Shown: positions 10,187 through 21,991 of the stretch, piece by piece
Position numbering within the stretch: position 1 is the first letter of the stretch
Layout of the letters: each line of letters begins with the position of its first letter
NCBI RefSeq assembly: GCF_041886205.1
Contig: NZ_CP169029.1
Source of the DNA: Escherichia coli
Lineage (GTDB): Bacteria; Pseudomonadota; Gammaproteobacteria; Enterobacterales; Enterobacteriaceae
Reading direction: 5' to 3' (one strand)
Length of the DNA: 64,000 nucleotides
Position numbers and translations under genes: made by a program
The notes under the pieces: generated by a model
The model's input: the letters and a program-made list of their open reading frames with translations, nothing else
Database searches by the model: none
What the model was told of the DNA's origin: nothing

Positions 10187-12988
10187 TTATTCGACGTTCA
10201 GCGCGTCATTAACCAGATCTTGTTGCTGTTTCTGGTGAACGGACATATACCCTACCGCCGGAGAGGCGGAGGCCGGGCGGCCTGCATAACGCAGAGAAGC
10301 CCCAAACGGAATCACTTCACGGAAATGATGCTGGCTGCAGTACCATGCGCCCTGGTTGAGCGGCTCTTCCTGGCACCAGACAAAATCCTTGACGTGAGCA
10401 AACTGCTGCAACACTTCCTGCATCGCTTTATGCGGGAACGGGTAGAGTTGCTCGATACGCACAATGGCGACATCGTGTTGATTGTTCTTACGGCGTTGTT
10501 CCAGCAGGTCGTAATAAACCTTACCAGAACACATCACTACGCGCTTCACGCCCTTCGGATCAAGCTCGTCGATTTCACCGATGGCTGGCAGGAAGGTGCC
10601 GTTCGCCAGTTCTTCGAGGCTGGAAACCGCCAGCGGATGACGCAGCAGGGATTTCGGCGACATCACGACCAGCGGACGACGCATCCCGCGCAGCGCCTGA
10701 CGACGCAGCATGTGGTAAACCTGTGCCGGGGTAGACGGTACGCACACCTGCATGTTTTGCTCAGCACAAAGTTGCAGATAACGTTCCAGACGCGCGGAGG
10801 AGTGCTCCGGCCCCTGCCCTTCGTAACCGTGCGGCAGCAACATCACCAGACCACACATCCGGCCCCATTTCTGTTCGCCAGAGGAGATGAACTGGTCGAT
10901 AACCACCTGCGCACCGTTGGCGAAGTCACCGAACTGAGCTTCCCAGATAGTCAGAGTGCGTGGTTCTGCGGTGGCATAACCGTATTCAAACGCCAGCACT
11001 GCTTCTTCAGACAGTACGGAGTCCCAGACACGGAATGCGCCCTGCCCGTTATGGATATGTTGCAGCGGCGTGTAAGTGGAACCGTTAGACTGGTTGTGGA
11101 TAACCGCGTGGCGGTGGAAGAAGGTACCGCGACCGGAGTCTTCACCCGACAGGCGAACCGGAATGCCTTCGTCAACCAGCGTGGCGTAAGCGAGGTTTTC
11201 CGCGCCGCCCCAGTCGAACAGTTTCTCACCGGCTGCCATTGCCTGGCGATCGCCATAAATCTTGGCAACGCGAGACTGCATTTCAACCGCTTCCGGCACC
11301 GTGCTGATGCGTTTAGCCAGTTCCTGCAGGCGCTTCATCTCAACTTTGTTCGGGTACTCTTCGTCCCATTCGTGGTTGAGGTACGGCGACCAGGTGAAAG
11401 AGTGCATGTTCATCGGACGCCACTCTGCTACCACGCAATCGCCAGCATCCAGCGCATCGCGGTACAGGTTAACCATCTCGGTGGCATCTTCCAGCGTCGC
11501 CACTTTTTCCTGCTCCAGCTTGTCAGCGTAGATTTTGCGCGGTGTCGGATGTTTTTTGATTTTCTGATACATCAGCGGCTGGGTTGCGCTCGGCTCGTCG
11601 GCTTCGTTGTGGCCGTGACGGCGGTAGCACACCAGGTCGATGAAGACATCACGTTTAAAGGTGTTACGGAAATCGAGCGCCAGACGGGTCACAAAGGCAA
11701 CGGCTTCCGGATCATCCGCGTTAACGTGGAAAATCGGTGCCTGAACCATCTTACCGATATCAGTACAGTACGGTGTAGAACGGGCATCCAGCGGGTTAGA
11801 GGTGGTGAAGCCAACCTGATTGTTGATAACGATACGTACCGTACCGCCAACTTCATAACCACGCGCTTTCGACATGTTCAGAGTTTCCTGAACCACGCCC
11901 TGCCCGGTCACTGCGGCGTCACCGTGGATGGTGATTGGCAGCACTTTGTTGCTGCTCGGCTCATCAAGTCTGTCCAGACGGGCACGAACAGAACCGATAA
12001 CGACCGGGCTTACAATCTCAAGGTGAGACGGGTTAAACGCCAGCGCCAGGTGCACCAGGCCGCCATCGGTCTGGAAGTCAGACGAGAAGCCCATATGGTA
12101 TTTCACGTCACCCGTGCCGAGGTGTTCTTTATGTTTACCGGCAAACTCGTCGAACAAGTCTTGCGGTTTTTTACCCAGCACGTTCACCAGCACGTTCAGA
12201 CGACCACGGTGCGCCATCCCGAGAACCACTTCGCGGGTGCCGCTGTTGCCAGCGTGGCGGATCATCTCTTTAAGCATCGGGATTAACGCGTCACCGCCTT
12301 CCAGCGAGAAGCGTTTTGCGCCAGGGAATTTTGCGCCGAGGTAACGTTCAAGGCCTTCAGCGGCGGTCAGTTCGCTTAAGAAGCGTTTTTTCTCTTCGCT
12401 ATTGAAAGTCGCGCGACCAGACTCGATACGCTGTTGGATCCAGCGTTTTTCTTCGGTGCTGGTAATGTGCATATACTCGGCACCAATCGGGCCGCAGTAG
12501 GTTTGCTTGAGGGCTTCCAGCAGCTCGCCGAGTTTCATGGTTTCTTTGCCGCTGGCAAATGAACCGACGTTGAAGGTCTCCTGGAAGTCTGCTTCGGTCA
12601 GATCGTGGAAAGACGGATCCAGATCGGCCACTTTATCTTGCTGCCACAGTCCCAGCGGATCGAGATTCGCATGCTGGTGACCACGGAAGCGGTATGCGTT
12701 AATGAGCTGCAGGACTTTAACCTGCTTCACATTGGTGTCAGGGTCGGAGATCGTTGAAGAGTAACGTGAAGCGTCTTTCGCCAGGCGGCGGAAATATTCA
12801 CGCGTTTGAGAGTGGAATTGATCCGGTTTGACTCCCGTACCAGGTAACTGCTGGAACGTCGAACGCCAGTTAGCGTCAACCGAGTCAGGATCGGTTAAGA
12901 AGTCTTCATAGAGCTGTTCTATCCAGCTCTGGTTTGCGCCAGAGAGGTAAGAAGAGTCCAACCAGGCTTTCAAAGCGCTGTTCTGCAT
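10187..12988 (-). CDS. sucA: 2-oxoglutarate dehydrogenase E1 component
   Basis: 933-aa [33 protein letters not shown]... Confidence 0.97.
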   Translation of the reverse strand: MQNSALKAWLDSSYLSGANQSWIEQLYEDFLTDPDSVDANWRSTFQQLPGTGVKPDQFHSQTREYFRRLAKDASRYSSTISDPDTNVKQVKVLQLINAYRFRGHQHANLDPLGLWQQDKVADLDPSFHDLTEADFQETFNVGSFASGKETMKLGELLEALKQTYCGPIGAEYMHITSTEEKRWIQQRIESGRATFNSEEKKRFLSELTAAEGLERYLGAKFPGAKRFSLEGGDALIPMLKEMIRHAGNSGTREVVLGMAHRGRLNVLVNVLGKKPQDLFDEFAGKHKEHLGTGDVKYHMGFSSDFQTDGGLVHLALAFNPSHLEIVSPVVIGSVRARLDRLDEPSSNKVLPITIHGDAAVTGQGVVQETLNMSKARGYEVGGTVRIVINNQVGFTTSNPLDARSTPYCTDIGKMVQAPIFHVNADDPEAVAFVTRLALDFRNTFKRDVFIDLVCYRRHGHNEADEPSATQPLMYQKIKKHPTPRKIYADKLEQEKVATLEDATEMVNLYRDALDAGDCVVAEWRPMNMHSFTWSPYLNHEWDEEYPNKVEMKRLQELAKRISTVPEAVEMQSRVAKIYGDRQAMAAGEKLFDWGGAENLAYATLVDEGIPVRLSGEDSGRGTFFHRHAVIHNQSNGSTYTPLQHIHNGQGAFRVWDSVLSEEAVLAFEYGYATAEPRTLTIWEAQFGDFANGAQVVIDQFISSGEQKWGRMCGLVMLLPHGYEGQGPEHSSARLERYLQLCAEQNMQVCVPSTPAQVYHMLRRQALRGMRRPLVVMSPKSLLRHPLAVSSLEELANGTFLPAIGEIDELDPKGVKRVVMCSGKVYYDLLEQRRKNNQHDVAIVRIEQLYPFPHKAMQEVLQQFAHVKDFVWCQEEPLNQGAWYCSQHHFREVIPFGASLRYAGRPASASPAVGYMSVHQKQQQDLVNDALNVE

Positions 12989-13166
12989 CGTGATCCCTTA
13001 AGCATCTTTTTTATGCTTACTTCGCCGTGGATACTACCACGCACAGTGATGTGCGTGCCGGGGTTCACTTGCGAGCTCTTGTCTACGTAGTGGCTCGCGA
13101 AGGAACCTTTAAAAACTGTCTTAGTGTCAGGGGCAGTTTTTAAAGATTTCCTGCATTTCTTTGTTA

Positions 13167-13287
13167 CGCCTGATGCGCTGCGCTTATCAGGCCTACGGGT
13201 AATGGCTTGTAGGCCGGATAAGGCGTTCACGCCGCATCCGGCACTGGTTGCCTGATGCGACGCTTGCGCGTCTTATCAGGCCTACGG
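13167..13287. repeat. REP/BIME cluster in sdhB-sucA intergenic region
   Basis: REP palindrome motifs (gccggataaggcgttcacgccgcatccggc, cttatcaggcctac) seen directly. Confidence 0.7.
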
Positions 13288-13288
13288 T

Positions 13289-14005
13289 TTACGCATTACG
13301 CTGCAACAACATCGACTTGATATGGCCGATGGCGCGCGTCGGGTTCAGCCCCTTCGGACATACACTGACGCAGTTCATGATGCTGTGACAGCGGAATACG
13401 CTGAATGCATCGCTCAAACCGTCGAGGCGGCTGTCAGTCTCGGTATCACGGCTATCGATCAGGAAACGATATGCCGCTAACAAGCCTGCCGGGCCGATAA
13501 ACTTATCGGGATTCCACCAGAAAGACGGACAAGAGGTTGAACAACATGCGCAGAGAATACATTCATACAGCCCGTCGAGTTTTTCGCGCTGCTCTGGCAT
13601 CTGTAAATGCTCGCGAGCTGGCGGATTTTGTCCATTATTCAACAGGTAAGGCTTAATTTTCTCATATTGCGCATAGAATTGTCCCATGTCTACCACCAAA
13701 TCGCGGATCACCGGTAAACCTGGCAGCGGGCGAATCACAATCTTCTTGCCCGGCTGGTTGAGTGCCGAAATCGGGGTAATACAGGCCAGACCATTCTTGC
13801 CGTTCATGTTCAGACCGTCGGAACCGCACACACCTTCACGACAGGAGCGGCGGAACGACAGGCTGGGATCTTTCTCTTTCAGCTGGATAAGCGCATCCAG
13901 CAGCATCATGTCGCGACCTTCTTCCGCTTCCAGGGTGTAATCCTGCATACGCGGAGCATCATCAACATCCGGGTTATAGCGATAAATTGAAAACTCGAGT
14001 CTCAT
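13289..14005 (-). CDS. sdhB: Succinate dehydrogenase iron-sulfur subunit
   Basis: 238-aa ORF with Cys clusters for 2Fe-2S/4Fe-4S/3Fe-4S centres. Confidence 0.97.
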   Translation of the reverse strand: MRLEFSIYRYNPDVDDAPRMQDYTLEAEEGRDMMLLDALIQLKEKDPSLSFRRSCREGVCGSDGLNMNGKNGLACITPISALNQPGKKIVIRPLPGLPVIRDLVVDMGQFYAQYEKIKPYLLNNGQNPPAREHLQMPEQREKLDGLYECILCACCSTSCPSFWWNPDKFIGPAGLLAAYRFLIDSRDTETDSRLDGLSDAFSVFRCHSIMNCVSVCPKGLNPTRAIGHIKSMLLQRNA

Positions 14006-14020
14006 TTTCCTGTCTCCGCA

Positions 14021-15787
14021 TTAGTAAGTACGAATCTTCGGCGGGAATGCCGGGCGCAGTTTCGGTTCCATGTTGACGCTTCGGCGCGTCATGGATTCCG
14101 ACTCAGGCAGATACAGGGAGTGGCACAGCCAGTTTTCATCATCACGATCCGGGAAGTCGAAGCGGCTATGTGCGCCACGGCTTTCGGTACGGAAGTTGGC
14201 AGAAACAGCCGTTGCATACGCCGTTTCCATCAGGTTATCCAGTTCCAGGCACTCAACGCGCTGGGTGTTGAACTCGCTGGAAGTGTCATCCAGACGGGCA
14301 TTTTTCAGACGTTCGCGGATCACTTTCAACTGCTCAAGCCCTTTCGCCATCGCATCACCTTCACGGAAGACCGAGAAGTTATGCTGCATACATTCTTGCA
14401 GCGCTTTACGAATCGCCACCGGATCTTCACCGTTACGATTATTGTTCCAGCGGTTCAGACGATCCAGAGACGCTTCTACATCAGACTCGCTGGCATCGCG
14501 CAATGCGCCCTGCTCGGCGATAGACTCTTGCAGATGCAGACCTGCCGCACGACCAAAGACCACCAGGTCCAGCAGCGAGTTGCCGCCCAGACGGTTAGCG
14601 CCGTGTACCGATACACAAGCGATTTCACCAACGGCAAACAGCCCCGGAACAACCACATCTTCGCCTTTCTCGTTCACCGTCAGCGCCTGACCGGTCACTT
14701 TGGTCGGAATACCGCCCATCATGTAGTGACAGGTTGGGATAACCGGAATCGGCTCTTTCACCGGATCGACGTGAGCGAAGGTACGGGAGAGTTCCAGGAT
14801 ACCCGGCAGGCGGGATTCGAGAACTTCTTTACCCAGGTGGTCGAGTTTCAGTTTCGCGTGTGGCCCCCACGGACCATCACAGCCGCGACCTTCACGGATT
14901 TCGATCATGATGGAACGCGCCACCACATCACGGCCCGCCAGGTCTTTGGCGTTCGGCGCATAACGCTCCATAAAGCGTTCGCCATGTTTGTTCAGCAGAT
15001 AACCGCCTTCACCACGGCAACCTTCGGTGACCAGTACGCCCGCACCGGCAATACCGGTCGGGTGGAACTGCCACATTTCCATATCCTGCACCGGTACGCC
15101 TGCGCGGATAGCCATGCCGACGCCGTCGCCAGTGTTAATGTGGGCGTTAGTGGTGGACTGATAAATACGCCCTGCCCCGCCAGTCGCCAGCACGGTAGCG
15201 CGGGCTTTGAAATAAACCACTTCACCAGTTTCGATGCACAGTGCAGTACAACCCACCACCGCGCCATCCTGGTTCTTCACCAGATCCAGCGCATACCACT
15301 CGGAGAAAATGGTGGTGTGGTTTTTCAGGTTCTGCTGATAAAGCGTGTGCAACAGTGCGTGACCGGTACGGTCAGCCGCCGCCGCAGTGCGTGCCGCCTG
15401 CTCGCCGCCGAAGTTTTTCGACTGACCGCCAAACGGACGTTGATAGATACGACCATCATCAAGACGCGAGAACGGCAGGCCCATGTGTTCGAGTTCCAGA
15501 ATCGCTTCCGGCCCGGTTTTACACATATATTCAATCGCGTCCTGGTCACCGATATAGTCCGACCCTTTTACGGTGTCGTACATATGCCATTCCCAGTTAT
15601 CTTCATGGGTATTACCCAGCGCAACGGTAATGCCGCCTTGCGCAGAAACGGTATGGGAACGGGTCGGGAAGACTTTAGAGAGCAGCGCACAGGTCTGGCC
15701 GCTCTGGGAAATTTGCAGCGCCGCGCGCATACCTGCGCCGCCGGCACCAATCACAACTGCATCAAATTCTCTGACTGGCAATTTCAT
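14021..15787 (-). CDS. sdhA: Succinate dehydrogenase flavoprotein subunit
   Basis: ORF track gives 592 aa; start placed at internal Met ([27 protein letters not shown] Rossmann motif) giving 588 aa. Confidence 0.95.
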   Translation of the reverse strand: MKLPVREFDAVVIGAGGAGMRAALQISQSGQTCALLSKVFPTRSHTVSAQGGITVALGNTHEDNWEWHMYDTVKGSDYIGDQDAIEYMCKTGPEAILELEHMGLPFSRLDDGRIYQRPFGGQSKNFGGEQAARTAAAADRTGHALLHTLYQQNLKNHTTIFSEWYALDLVKNQDGAVVGCTALCIETGEVVYFKARATVLATGGAGRIYQSTTNAHINTGDGVGMAIRAGVPVQDMEMWQFHPTGIAGAGVLVTEGCRGEGGYLLNKHGERFMERYAPNAKDLAGRDVVARSIMIEIREGRGCDGPWGPHAKLKLDHLGKEVLESRLPGILELSRTFAHVDPVKEPIPVIPTCHYMMGGIPTKVTGQALTVNEKGEDVVVPGLFAVGEIACVSVHGANRLGGNSLLDLVVFGRAAGLHLQESIAEQGALRDASESDVEASLDRLNRWNNNRNGEDPVAIRKALQECMQHNFSVFREGDAMAKGLEQLKVIRERLKNARLDDTSSEFNTQRVECLELDNLMETAYATAVSANFRTESRGAHSRFDFPDRDDENWLCHSLYLPESESMTRRSVNMEPKLRPAFPPKIRTY

Positions 15788-16134
15788 CACACACCCCACA
15801 CCACAACGAATCCATAAATCACGTAAACCACCAGTGCAACGACAATCACCAGTTGCAGCATCAGGCGCAAAGCCAGCGGTTTAACGTAGTCGGTCAACAC
15901 CTGCCACATGCCGATCCAGGCATGGATCAAGATAGAAAACAGCGCCAGCAGGGTGAACACTTTGGTAAACGCAGAGGCGAAGAAACCGATCCAGACTTCA
16001 TATGTCAGCTCGCCACTGGTAGCGAAAAAACCGACCATATAAATGATGTAGAGCGTCAGGACGATAGCGGTAGCGCGAACGAGGATGAAATCATGTACGC
16101 CATTGCGTCCTAATGCGGAGGCGTTGCTTACCAT
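15787..16134 (-). CDS. sdhD: Succinate dehydrogenase membrane anchor subunit
   Basis: 115-aa hydrophobic ORF directly upstream of sdhA. Confidence 0.95.
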
Positions 16135-16517
16135 ATGAGGACTCCTGCGAGAAGTGAAAGCACGACAGTAATAACAAAGGAGATTTTGGCGGAGCGTTTA
16201 CCCGCTTCGAATGTTTCTTCCAGATAGCCAAAATCCATCATCATGTGGCGAATACCTACGACGACGTGATACGCCAGAGCGGTAAGGATGCCCCACATGA
16301 TAAATTTGACGAAGAAGCTGCCCATAATCGCGGAAGCTTGCTCGAAACCTTCAGGGGAAGAGAGGCTGGTACCCAGAAGCCACAGCAGGATGCCCACTGC
16401 AACAAAGGTGATCACACCGGAAACGCGATGGAGAATGGACGCTATCGCCGTGATGGGGAACCGGATGGTCTGTAGGTCCAGATTAACAGGTCTTTGTTTT
16501 TTCACATTTCTTATCAT
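16128..16517 (-). CDS. sdhC: Succinate dehydrogenase cytochrome b556 subunit
   Basis: ORF track gives 134 aa; start placed at [15 protein letters not shown] (129 aa). Confidence 0.93.
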
Positions 16518-17225
16518 GAATAACGCCCACATGCTGTTCTTATTATTCCCTGGGGACTACGGGCACAGAGGTTAACTTTCTGTTACCTGGAGACGTCGGG
16601 ATTTCCTTCCTCCGGTCTGCTTGCGGGTCAGACAGCGTCCTTTCTATAACTGCGCGTCATGCAAAACACTGCTTCCAGATGCGAAAACGACACGTTACAA
16701 CGCTGGGTGGCTCGGGATTGCAGGGTGTTCCGGAGACCTGGCGGCAGTATAGGCCGTTCACAAAATCATTACAATTAACCTACATATAGTTTGTCGGGTT
16801 TTATCCTGAACAGTGATCCAGGTCACGATAACAACATTTATTTAATTTTTAATCATCTAATTTGACAATCATTCAACAAAGTTGTTACAAACATTACCAG
16901 GAAAAGCATATAATGCGTAAAAGTTATGAAGTCGGTATTTCACCTAAGATTAACTTATGTAACAGTGTGGAAGTATTGACCAATTCATTCGGGACAGTTA
17001 TTAGTGGTAGACAAGTTTAATAATTCGGATTGCTAAGTACTTGATTCGCCATTTATTCGTCATCAATGGATCCTTTACCTGCAAGCGCCCAGAGCTCTGT
17101 ACCCAGGTTTTCCCCTCTTTCACAGAGCGGCGAGCCAAATAAAAAACGGGTAAAGCCAGGTTGATGTGCGAAGGCAAATTTAAGTTCCGGCAGTCTTACG
17201 CAATAAGGCGCTAAGGAGACCTTAA
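16518..17225. promoter_or_regulatory. Divergent gltA / sdhCDAB-sucABCD promoter-control region
   Basis: About 700 bp, AT-rich, no credible ORF, lying between divergently transcribed gltA and sdhC; this intergenic region is known to carry the promoters of both operons. Individual sites not resolved here. Confidence 0.6.
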
Positions 17226-18509
17226 ATGGCTGATACAAAAGCAAAACTCACCCTCAACGGGGACACAGCTGTTGAACTGGATGTGCTGAAAGGCACGCTG
17301 GGTCAAGATGTTATTGATATCCGTACTCTCGGCTCAAAAGGTGTGTTCACCTTTGACCCAGGCTTCACTTCAACCGCATCCTGCGAATCTAAAATTACTT
17401 TTATTGATGGTGATGAAGGTATTTTGCTGCACCGCGGTTTCCCGATCGATCAGCTGGCGACCGATTCTAACTACCTGGAAGTTTGTTACATCCTGCTGAA
17501 TGGTGAAAAACCGACTCAGGAACAGTATGACGAATTTAAAACTACGGTGACCCGTCATACCATGATCCACGAGCAGATTACCCGTCTGTTCCATGCTTTC
17601 CGTCGCGACTCGCATCCAATGGCAGTCATGTGTGGTATTACCGGCGCGCTGGCGGCGTTCTATCACGACTCGCTGGATGTTAACAATCCTCGTCACCGTG
17701 AAATTGCCGCGTTCCGCCTGTTGTCGAAAATGCCGACCATGGCCGCGATGTGTTACAAGTATTCCATTGGTCAGCCATTTGTTTACCCGCGCAACGATCT
17801 CTCCTACGCCGGTAACTTCCTGAATATGATGTTCTCTACGCCGTGCGAACCGTATGAAGTTAATCCGATTCTGGAACGTGCTATGGACCGTATTCTGATC
17901 CTGCACGCTGACCATGAACAGAACGCCTCCACCTCCACCGTGCGTACCGCTGGCTCTTCGGGTGCGAACCCATTTGCCTGTATCGCAGCAGGTATTGCTT
18001 CACTGTGGGGACCTGCGCACGGTGGTGCTAACGAAGCAGCGCTGAAAATGCTGGAAGAAATCAGCTCCGTTAAACACATTCCGGAATTTGTTCGTCGTGC
18101 GAAAGATAAAAATGATTCTTTCCGCCTGATGGGCTTCGGTCACCGCGTATACAAAAATTACGACCCGCGCGCCACCGTAATGCGTGAAACCTGCCATGAA
18201 GTTCTGAAAGAGTTGGGCACGAAAGATGACCTGCTGGAAGTGGCTATGGAACTGGAAAACATCGCGCTGAACGACCCGTACTTTATCGAGAAGAAACTGT
18301 ACCCGAACGTCGATTTCTACTCTGGTATCATCCTGAAAGCGATGGGTATTCCGTCTTCCATGTTCACCGTCATTTTCGCAATGGCACGTACCGTTGGCTG
18401 GATCGCCCACTGGAGCGAAATGCACAGTGACGGTATGAAGATTGCCCGTCCGCGTCAGCTGTATACAGGATATGAAAAACGCGACTTTAAAAGCGATATC
18501 AAGCGTTAA
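17226..18509 (+). CDS. gltA: Citrate synthase
   Basis: 427-aa [39 protein letters not shown]... Confidence 0.97.
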   Translation: MADTKAKLTLNGDTAVELDVLKGTLGQDVIDIRTLGSKGVFTFDPGFTSTASCESKITFIDGDEGILLHRGFPIDQLATDSNYLEVCYILLNGEKPTQEQYDEFKTTVTRHTMIHEQITRLFHAFRRDSHPMAVMCGITGALAAFYHDSLDVNNPRHREIAAFRLLSKMPTMAAMCYKYSIGQPFVYPRNDLSYAGNFLNMMFSTPCEPYEVNPILERAMDRILILHADHEQNASTSTVRTAGSSGANPFACIAAGIASLWGPAHGGANEAALKMLEEISSVKHIPEFVRRAKDKNDSFRLMGFGHRVYKNYDPRATVMRETCHEVLKELGTKDDLLEVAMELENIALNDPYFIEKKLYPNVDFYSGIILKAMGIPSSMFTVIFAMARTVGWIAHWSEMHSDGMKIARPRQLYTGYEKRDFKSDIKR

Positions 18510-18538
18510 TGGTTGATTGCTAAGTAGTAAATATTTTA

Positions 18539-18571
18539 ACCCGCCATTCATATGGCGGGTTGATTTTTATA
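18539..18571 (+). terminator. Intrinsic terminator downstream of gltA
   Basis: Hairpin aacccgccat-tcat-atggcgggtt followed by T-rich tract. Confidence 0.6.
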
Positions 18572-18900
18572 TGCCTAAACACAAAAAATTGTAAAAATAA
18601 AATCCACTATCGGATATTCATATATTCTAAAAAAATATATATCGGTATAAATTATAAACAAATCGATGGCTTTTAATCACCTATGTTCCTCTCAGTCACA
18701 TGAATAAACCACCAAATATAGCGCTTCCCTATAATTTCCAATGTTTTATTCATTAAACAATTAATTCATGTAATCAATTAATTACTTTTACATTTAATAA
18801 AATTAATAATATTTTTAAGAAAAACTAAAAACATTCGACAATTAAATAAGATATTCTTGCACCGATATACCTTTTTTCTTTTCTGTTAAAGGACTCAGTT

Positions 18901-19467
18901 ATGTTTAAAGGACAAAAAACATTGGCCGCACTGGCCGTATCTCTGCTGTTCACTGCACCTGTTTATGCAGCTGATGAAGGATCCGGTGAAATTCACTTTA
19001 AAGGTGAGGTTATTGAAGCGCCTTGTGAAATACATCAGGATGATATTGATAAAGAAGTTGAACTTGGTCAGGTGACCACCAGCCACATTAATCAGTCACA
19101 TCACAGCGATGCCGTTGCTGTCGACCTGCGCTTAGTCAACTGCGATCTGGAAAACTCCAGCAACGGTTCCGGTGGCAAGATTTCTAAAGTTGCAGTCACC
19201 TTTGATAGCTCAGCGAAAACAACCGGCGCAGATCCGATTCTCAACAACACCAGCACGGGTGAAGCCACCGGCGTCGGCGTGCGTTTATTGAATAAAAATC
19301 AAACCAATATCGTTTTAGGCACCGCTGCTCCTGACATCGACCTGGCACCGACCTCCAGCGAACAAACGCTGAATTTCTTTGCCTGGATGGAACAAATTGA
19401 TCAGGCAACACCTGTAACGCCAGGCGCAGTTACAGCGAATGCGACCTACGTGCTGGATTATAAATAA
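18901..19467 (+). CDS. ybgD: Fimbrial-like major subunit (type 1 pilin family)
   Basis: 188-aa ORF with signal peptide (MFKGQKTLAALAVSLLFTAPVYA) and pilin-type C-terminus. Confidence 0.85.
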   Translation: MFKGQKTLAALAVSLLFTAPVYAADEGSGEIHFKGEVIEAPCEIHQDDIDKEVELGQVTTSHINQSHHSDAVAVDLRLVNCDLENSSNGSGGKISKVAVTFDSSAKTTGADPILNNTSTGEATGVGVRLLNKNQTNIVLGTAAPDIDLAPTSSEQTLNFFAWMEQIDQATPVTPGAVTANATYVLDYK

Positions 19468-19517
19468 GTATTACTTTGGCGGCGCTATCGCCGCCTTTCC
19501 TCAAATATTTATCAGGT

Positions 19518-21977
19518 ATGGACACCGTGAATATTTATCGACTCTCTTTTGTATCCTGCCTGGTCATGGCGATGCCTTCCGCATTGGCGGTCGAATTCAA
19601 CCTGAATGTTCTCGATAAATCGATGCGCGATCGTATTGATATATCATTATTAAAGGAAAAAGGTGTCATTGCTCCAGGCGAATATTTTGTTAGCGTTGCG
19701 GTAAATAATAACCAAATCAGTAACGGGCAAAAGATTAACTGGCACAAAAATGACGATAAAACCATTCCATGCATCAATGATTTACTGGTCGATAAATTTG
19801 GCTTAAAACCTGAAGTCCGTCAGTCGTTACCATTGATAAATCAGTGCGTCGATTTTAGCTCCCGACCTGAAATGCTCTTCAATTTTGATCAGGCCAGTCA
19901 GCAACTAAATATCACCATTCCGCAGGCCTGGCTGGCGTGGCACTCAGATAACTGGCCCCCACCCTCCACATGGAAAGAAGGTGTCGCCGGTGTCCTGATG
20001 GATTACAACTTGTTTGCCAGCAGCTACCGCCCACAGGATGGCAGCAGCAGCACTAATCTTAACGCCTATGGAACAGCCGGAATCAACACGGGGGCATGGC
20101 GCTTACGCAGTGATTATCAGTTGAATCAGACTGATAGCGATGATAACCATGAACAGTCAGGCGAAATATCACGCACCTATCTTTTTCGCCCGTTACCGCA
20201 ATTAGGTTCAAAATTAACCCTCGGCGAAACGGATTTTAGTTCCAATATTTTCGACGGTTTTTCTTATACCGGCGCGGCACTGGCAAGTGACGATCGAATG
20301 TTGCCATGGGAACTACGCGGCTACGCCCCACAAATTAGCGGTATTGCACAGACCAATGCCACGGTGACGATCAGTCAATCAGGCCGCGTCATTTACCAGA
20401 AAAAAGTCCCACCAGGCCCATTTATCATTGACGACCTTAATCAGTCCGTCCAGGGGACGCTGGATGTCAAAGTGACGGAAGAAGATGGTCGGGTGAACAA
20501 TTTCCAGGTTTCGGCAGCATCGACGCCCTTTCTGACTCGCCAGGGACAGGTGCGCTATAAACTGGCCGCGGGTCAGCCACGGCCCTCCATGTCACATCAA
20601 ACTGAAAATGAAACCTTTTTTAGCAATGAAGTTTCCTGGGGGATGCTCTCAAACACCTCGCTGTACGGCGGCCTGCTGCTTTCTGGTGATGACTACCATT
20701 CTGCCGCAATAGGTATCGGGCAAAATATGCTGTGGCTTGGCGCGCTGTCGTTTGATGTCACGTGGGCCAGTAGTCACTTTGATACTCAGCAGGACGAGCG
20801 GGGCTTAAGCTACCGTTTTAATTACAGCAAACAAGTGGATGCCACCAACAGCACGATTTCGCTCGCCGCTTATCGTTTCTCCGATCGTCATTTTCACAGC
20901 TACGCCAACTATCTTGATCACAAATACAACGACAACGATGCGCAGGACGAAAAACAGACGATCAGCTTATCCGTGGGCCAACCGATTACCCCACTAAACC
21001 TCAATCTTTACGCCAACCTGCTGCATCAAACCTGGTGGAATGCAGACGCCTCCACGACCGCTAACATCACGGCGGGTTTTAATGTTGATATTGGTGACTG
21101 GAGAGATATCTCGATCTCAACGTCATTCAATACGACCCATTACGAAGATAAAGAGCGCGACAACCAGATTTACCTGTCGATTTCGCTCCCCTTCGGTAAC
21201 GGTGGTCGGGTTGGCTATGACATGCAAAACAGTAGCCACAGCACCACACACCGCATGTCGTGGAACGACACGCTGGATGAACGTAATAGCTGGGGCATGT
21301 CTGCCGGACTGCAATCCGACCGTCCGGACAATGGAGCCCAGGTGAGCGGTAACTATCAGCATCTGAGTTCAGCGGGTGAGTGGGATATTTCTGGTACCTA
21401 TGCCGCCAATGATTACAGTTCCGTCAGCAGCAGCTGGAGCGGTTCTTTCACCGCAACCCAATATGGTGCAGCGTTTCATCGCCGCAGCTCCACCAATGAA
21501 CCACGCCTGATGGTCAGCACCGATGGCGTGGCAGATATTCCGGTTCAGGGCAATCTCGACTACACCAACCATTTTGGTATTGCGGTGGTTCCATTGATTT
21601 CCAGTTACCAGCCTTCCACCGTGGCGGTCAACATGAATGACTTACCCGACGGCGTAACAGTTGCAGAAAACGTTATCAAAGAAACGTGGATTGAAGGCGC
21701 GATAGGTTACAAATCACTGGCTTCCCGTTCCGGTAAAGACGTTAACGTCATCATTCGCAACGTCAGCGGTCAGTTCCCTCCCCTCGGTGCGGATATCCGC
21801 CAGCATGACAGCGGCATTAGCGTGGGAATGGTTGGCGAGGAAGGACACGCCTGGTTAAGCGGAGTCGCTGAAAATCAAAAATTTACCGTGGTCTGGGGTG
21901 ATAGCCAGCGTTGCTCGATCCATCTTCCTGAACATATGGAAGACACCGCAAATCGCCTGATTTTACCTTGTCATTAA
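19518..21977 (+). CDS. ybgQ: Fimbrial outer-membrane usher protein
   Basis: About 820-aa ORF in usher position; exact start uncertain (ATG at 19518 or GTG at 19527). Confidence 0.85.
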   Translation: MDTVNIYRLSFVSCLVMAMPSALAVEFNLNVLDKSMRDRIDISLLKEKGVIAPGEYFVSVAVNNNQISNGQKINWHKNDDKTIPCINDLLVDKFGLKPEVRQSLPLINQCVDFSSRPEMLFNFDQASQQLNITIPQAWLAWHSDNWPPPSTWKEGVAGVLMDYNLFASSYRPQDGSSSTNLNAYGTAGINTGAWRLRSDYQLNQTDSDDNHEQSGEISRTYLFRPLPQLGSKLTLGETDFSSNIFDGFSYTGAALASDDRMLPWELRGYAPQISGIAQTNATVTISQSGRVIYQKKVPPGPFIIDDLNQSVQGTLDVKVTEEDGRVNNFQVSAASTPFLTRQGQVRYKLAAGQPRPSMSHQTENETFFSNEVSWGMLSNTSLYGGLLLSGDDYHSAAIGIGQNMLWLGALSFDVTWASSHFDTQQDERGLSYRFNYSKQVDATNSTISLAAYRFSDRHFHSYANYLDHKYNDNDAQDEKQTISLSVGQPITPLNLNLYANLLHQTWWNADASTTANITAGFNVDIGDWRDISISTSFNTTHYEDKERDNQIYLSISLPFGNGGRVGYDMQNSSHSTTHRMSWNDTLDERNSWGMSAGLQSDRPDNGAQVSGNYQHLSSAGEWDISGTYAANDYSSVSSSWSGSFTATQYGAAFHRRSSTNEPRLMVSTDGVADIPVQGNLDYTNHFGIAVVPLISSYQPSTVAVNMNDLPDGVTVAENVIKETWIEGAIGYKSLASRSGKDVNVIIRNVSGQFPPLGADIRQHDSGISVGMVGEEGHAWLSGVAENQKFTVVWGDSQRCSIHLPEHMEDTANRLILPCH

Positions 21978-21991
21978 TTAAGGAAATGAAA

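Noticed and set aside
9974-12286. 770-aa ORF on the plus strand antisense to sucA
   Set aside because: Lies entirely inside sucA on the opposite strand; composition is Arg/His/Val/Gln-rich and low-complexity, typical of the stop-free antisense frame of a highly expressed, codon-biased gene.
15788-15799. N-terminal extensions in the ORF track (sdhA, sdhC, kdpA, kdpC, kdpD, seqA, pgm, asnB, ubiF, ybgA, ybfE, fldA, chiQ, abrB)
   Set aside because: The track starts each ORF at the most upstream start codon; shorter starts were chosen where the known protein N-terminus, a Shine-Dalgarno sequence, or an upstream gene's stop supports them.
14120-15817. 565-aa ORF antisense to sdhA
   Set aside because: Same antisense-shadow artefact; no RBS context and it overlaps a confidently identified gene.
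17028-18527. 12-nt exact direct repeat gattgctaagta flanking gltA (17028..17039 and 18516..18527)
   Set aside because: A 12-mer repeated once in 64 kb is well within chance expectation and there are no other signs of mobility; treated as coincidence.
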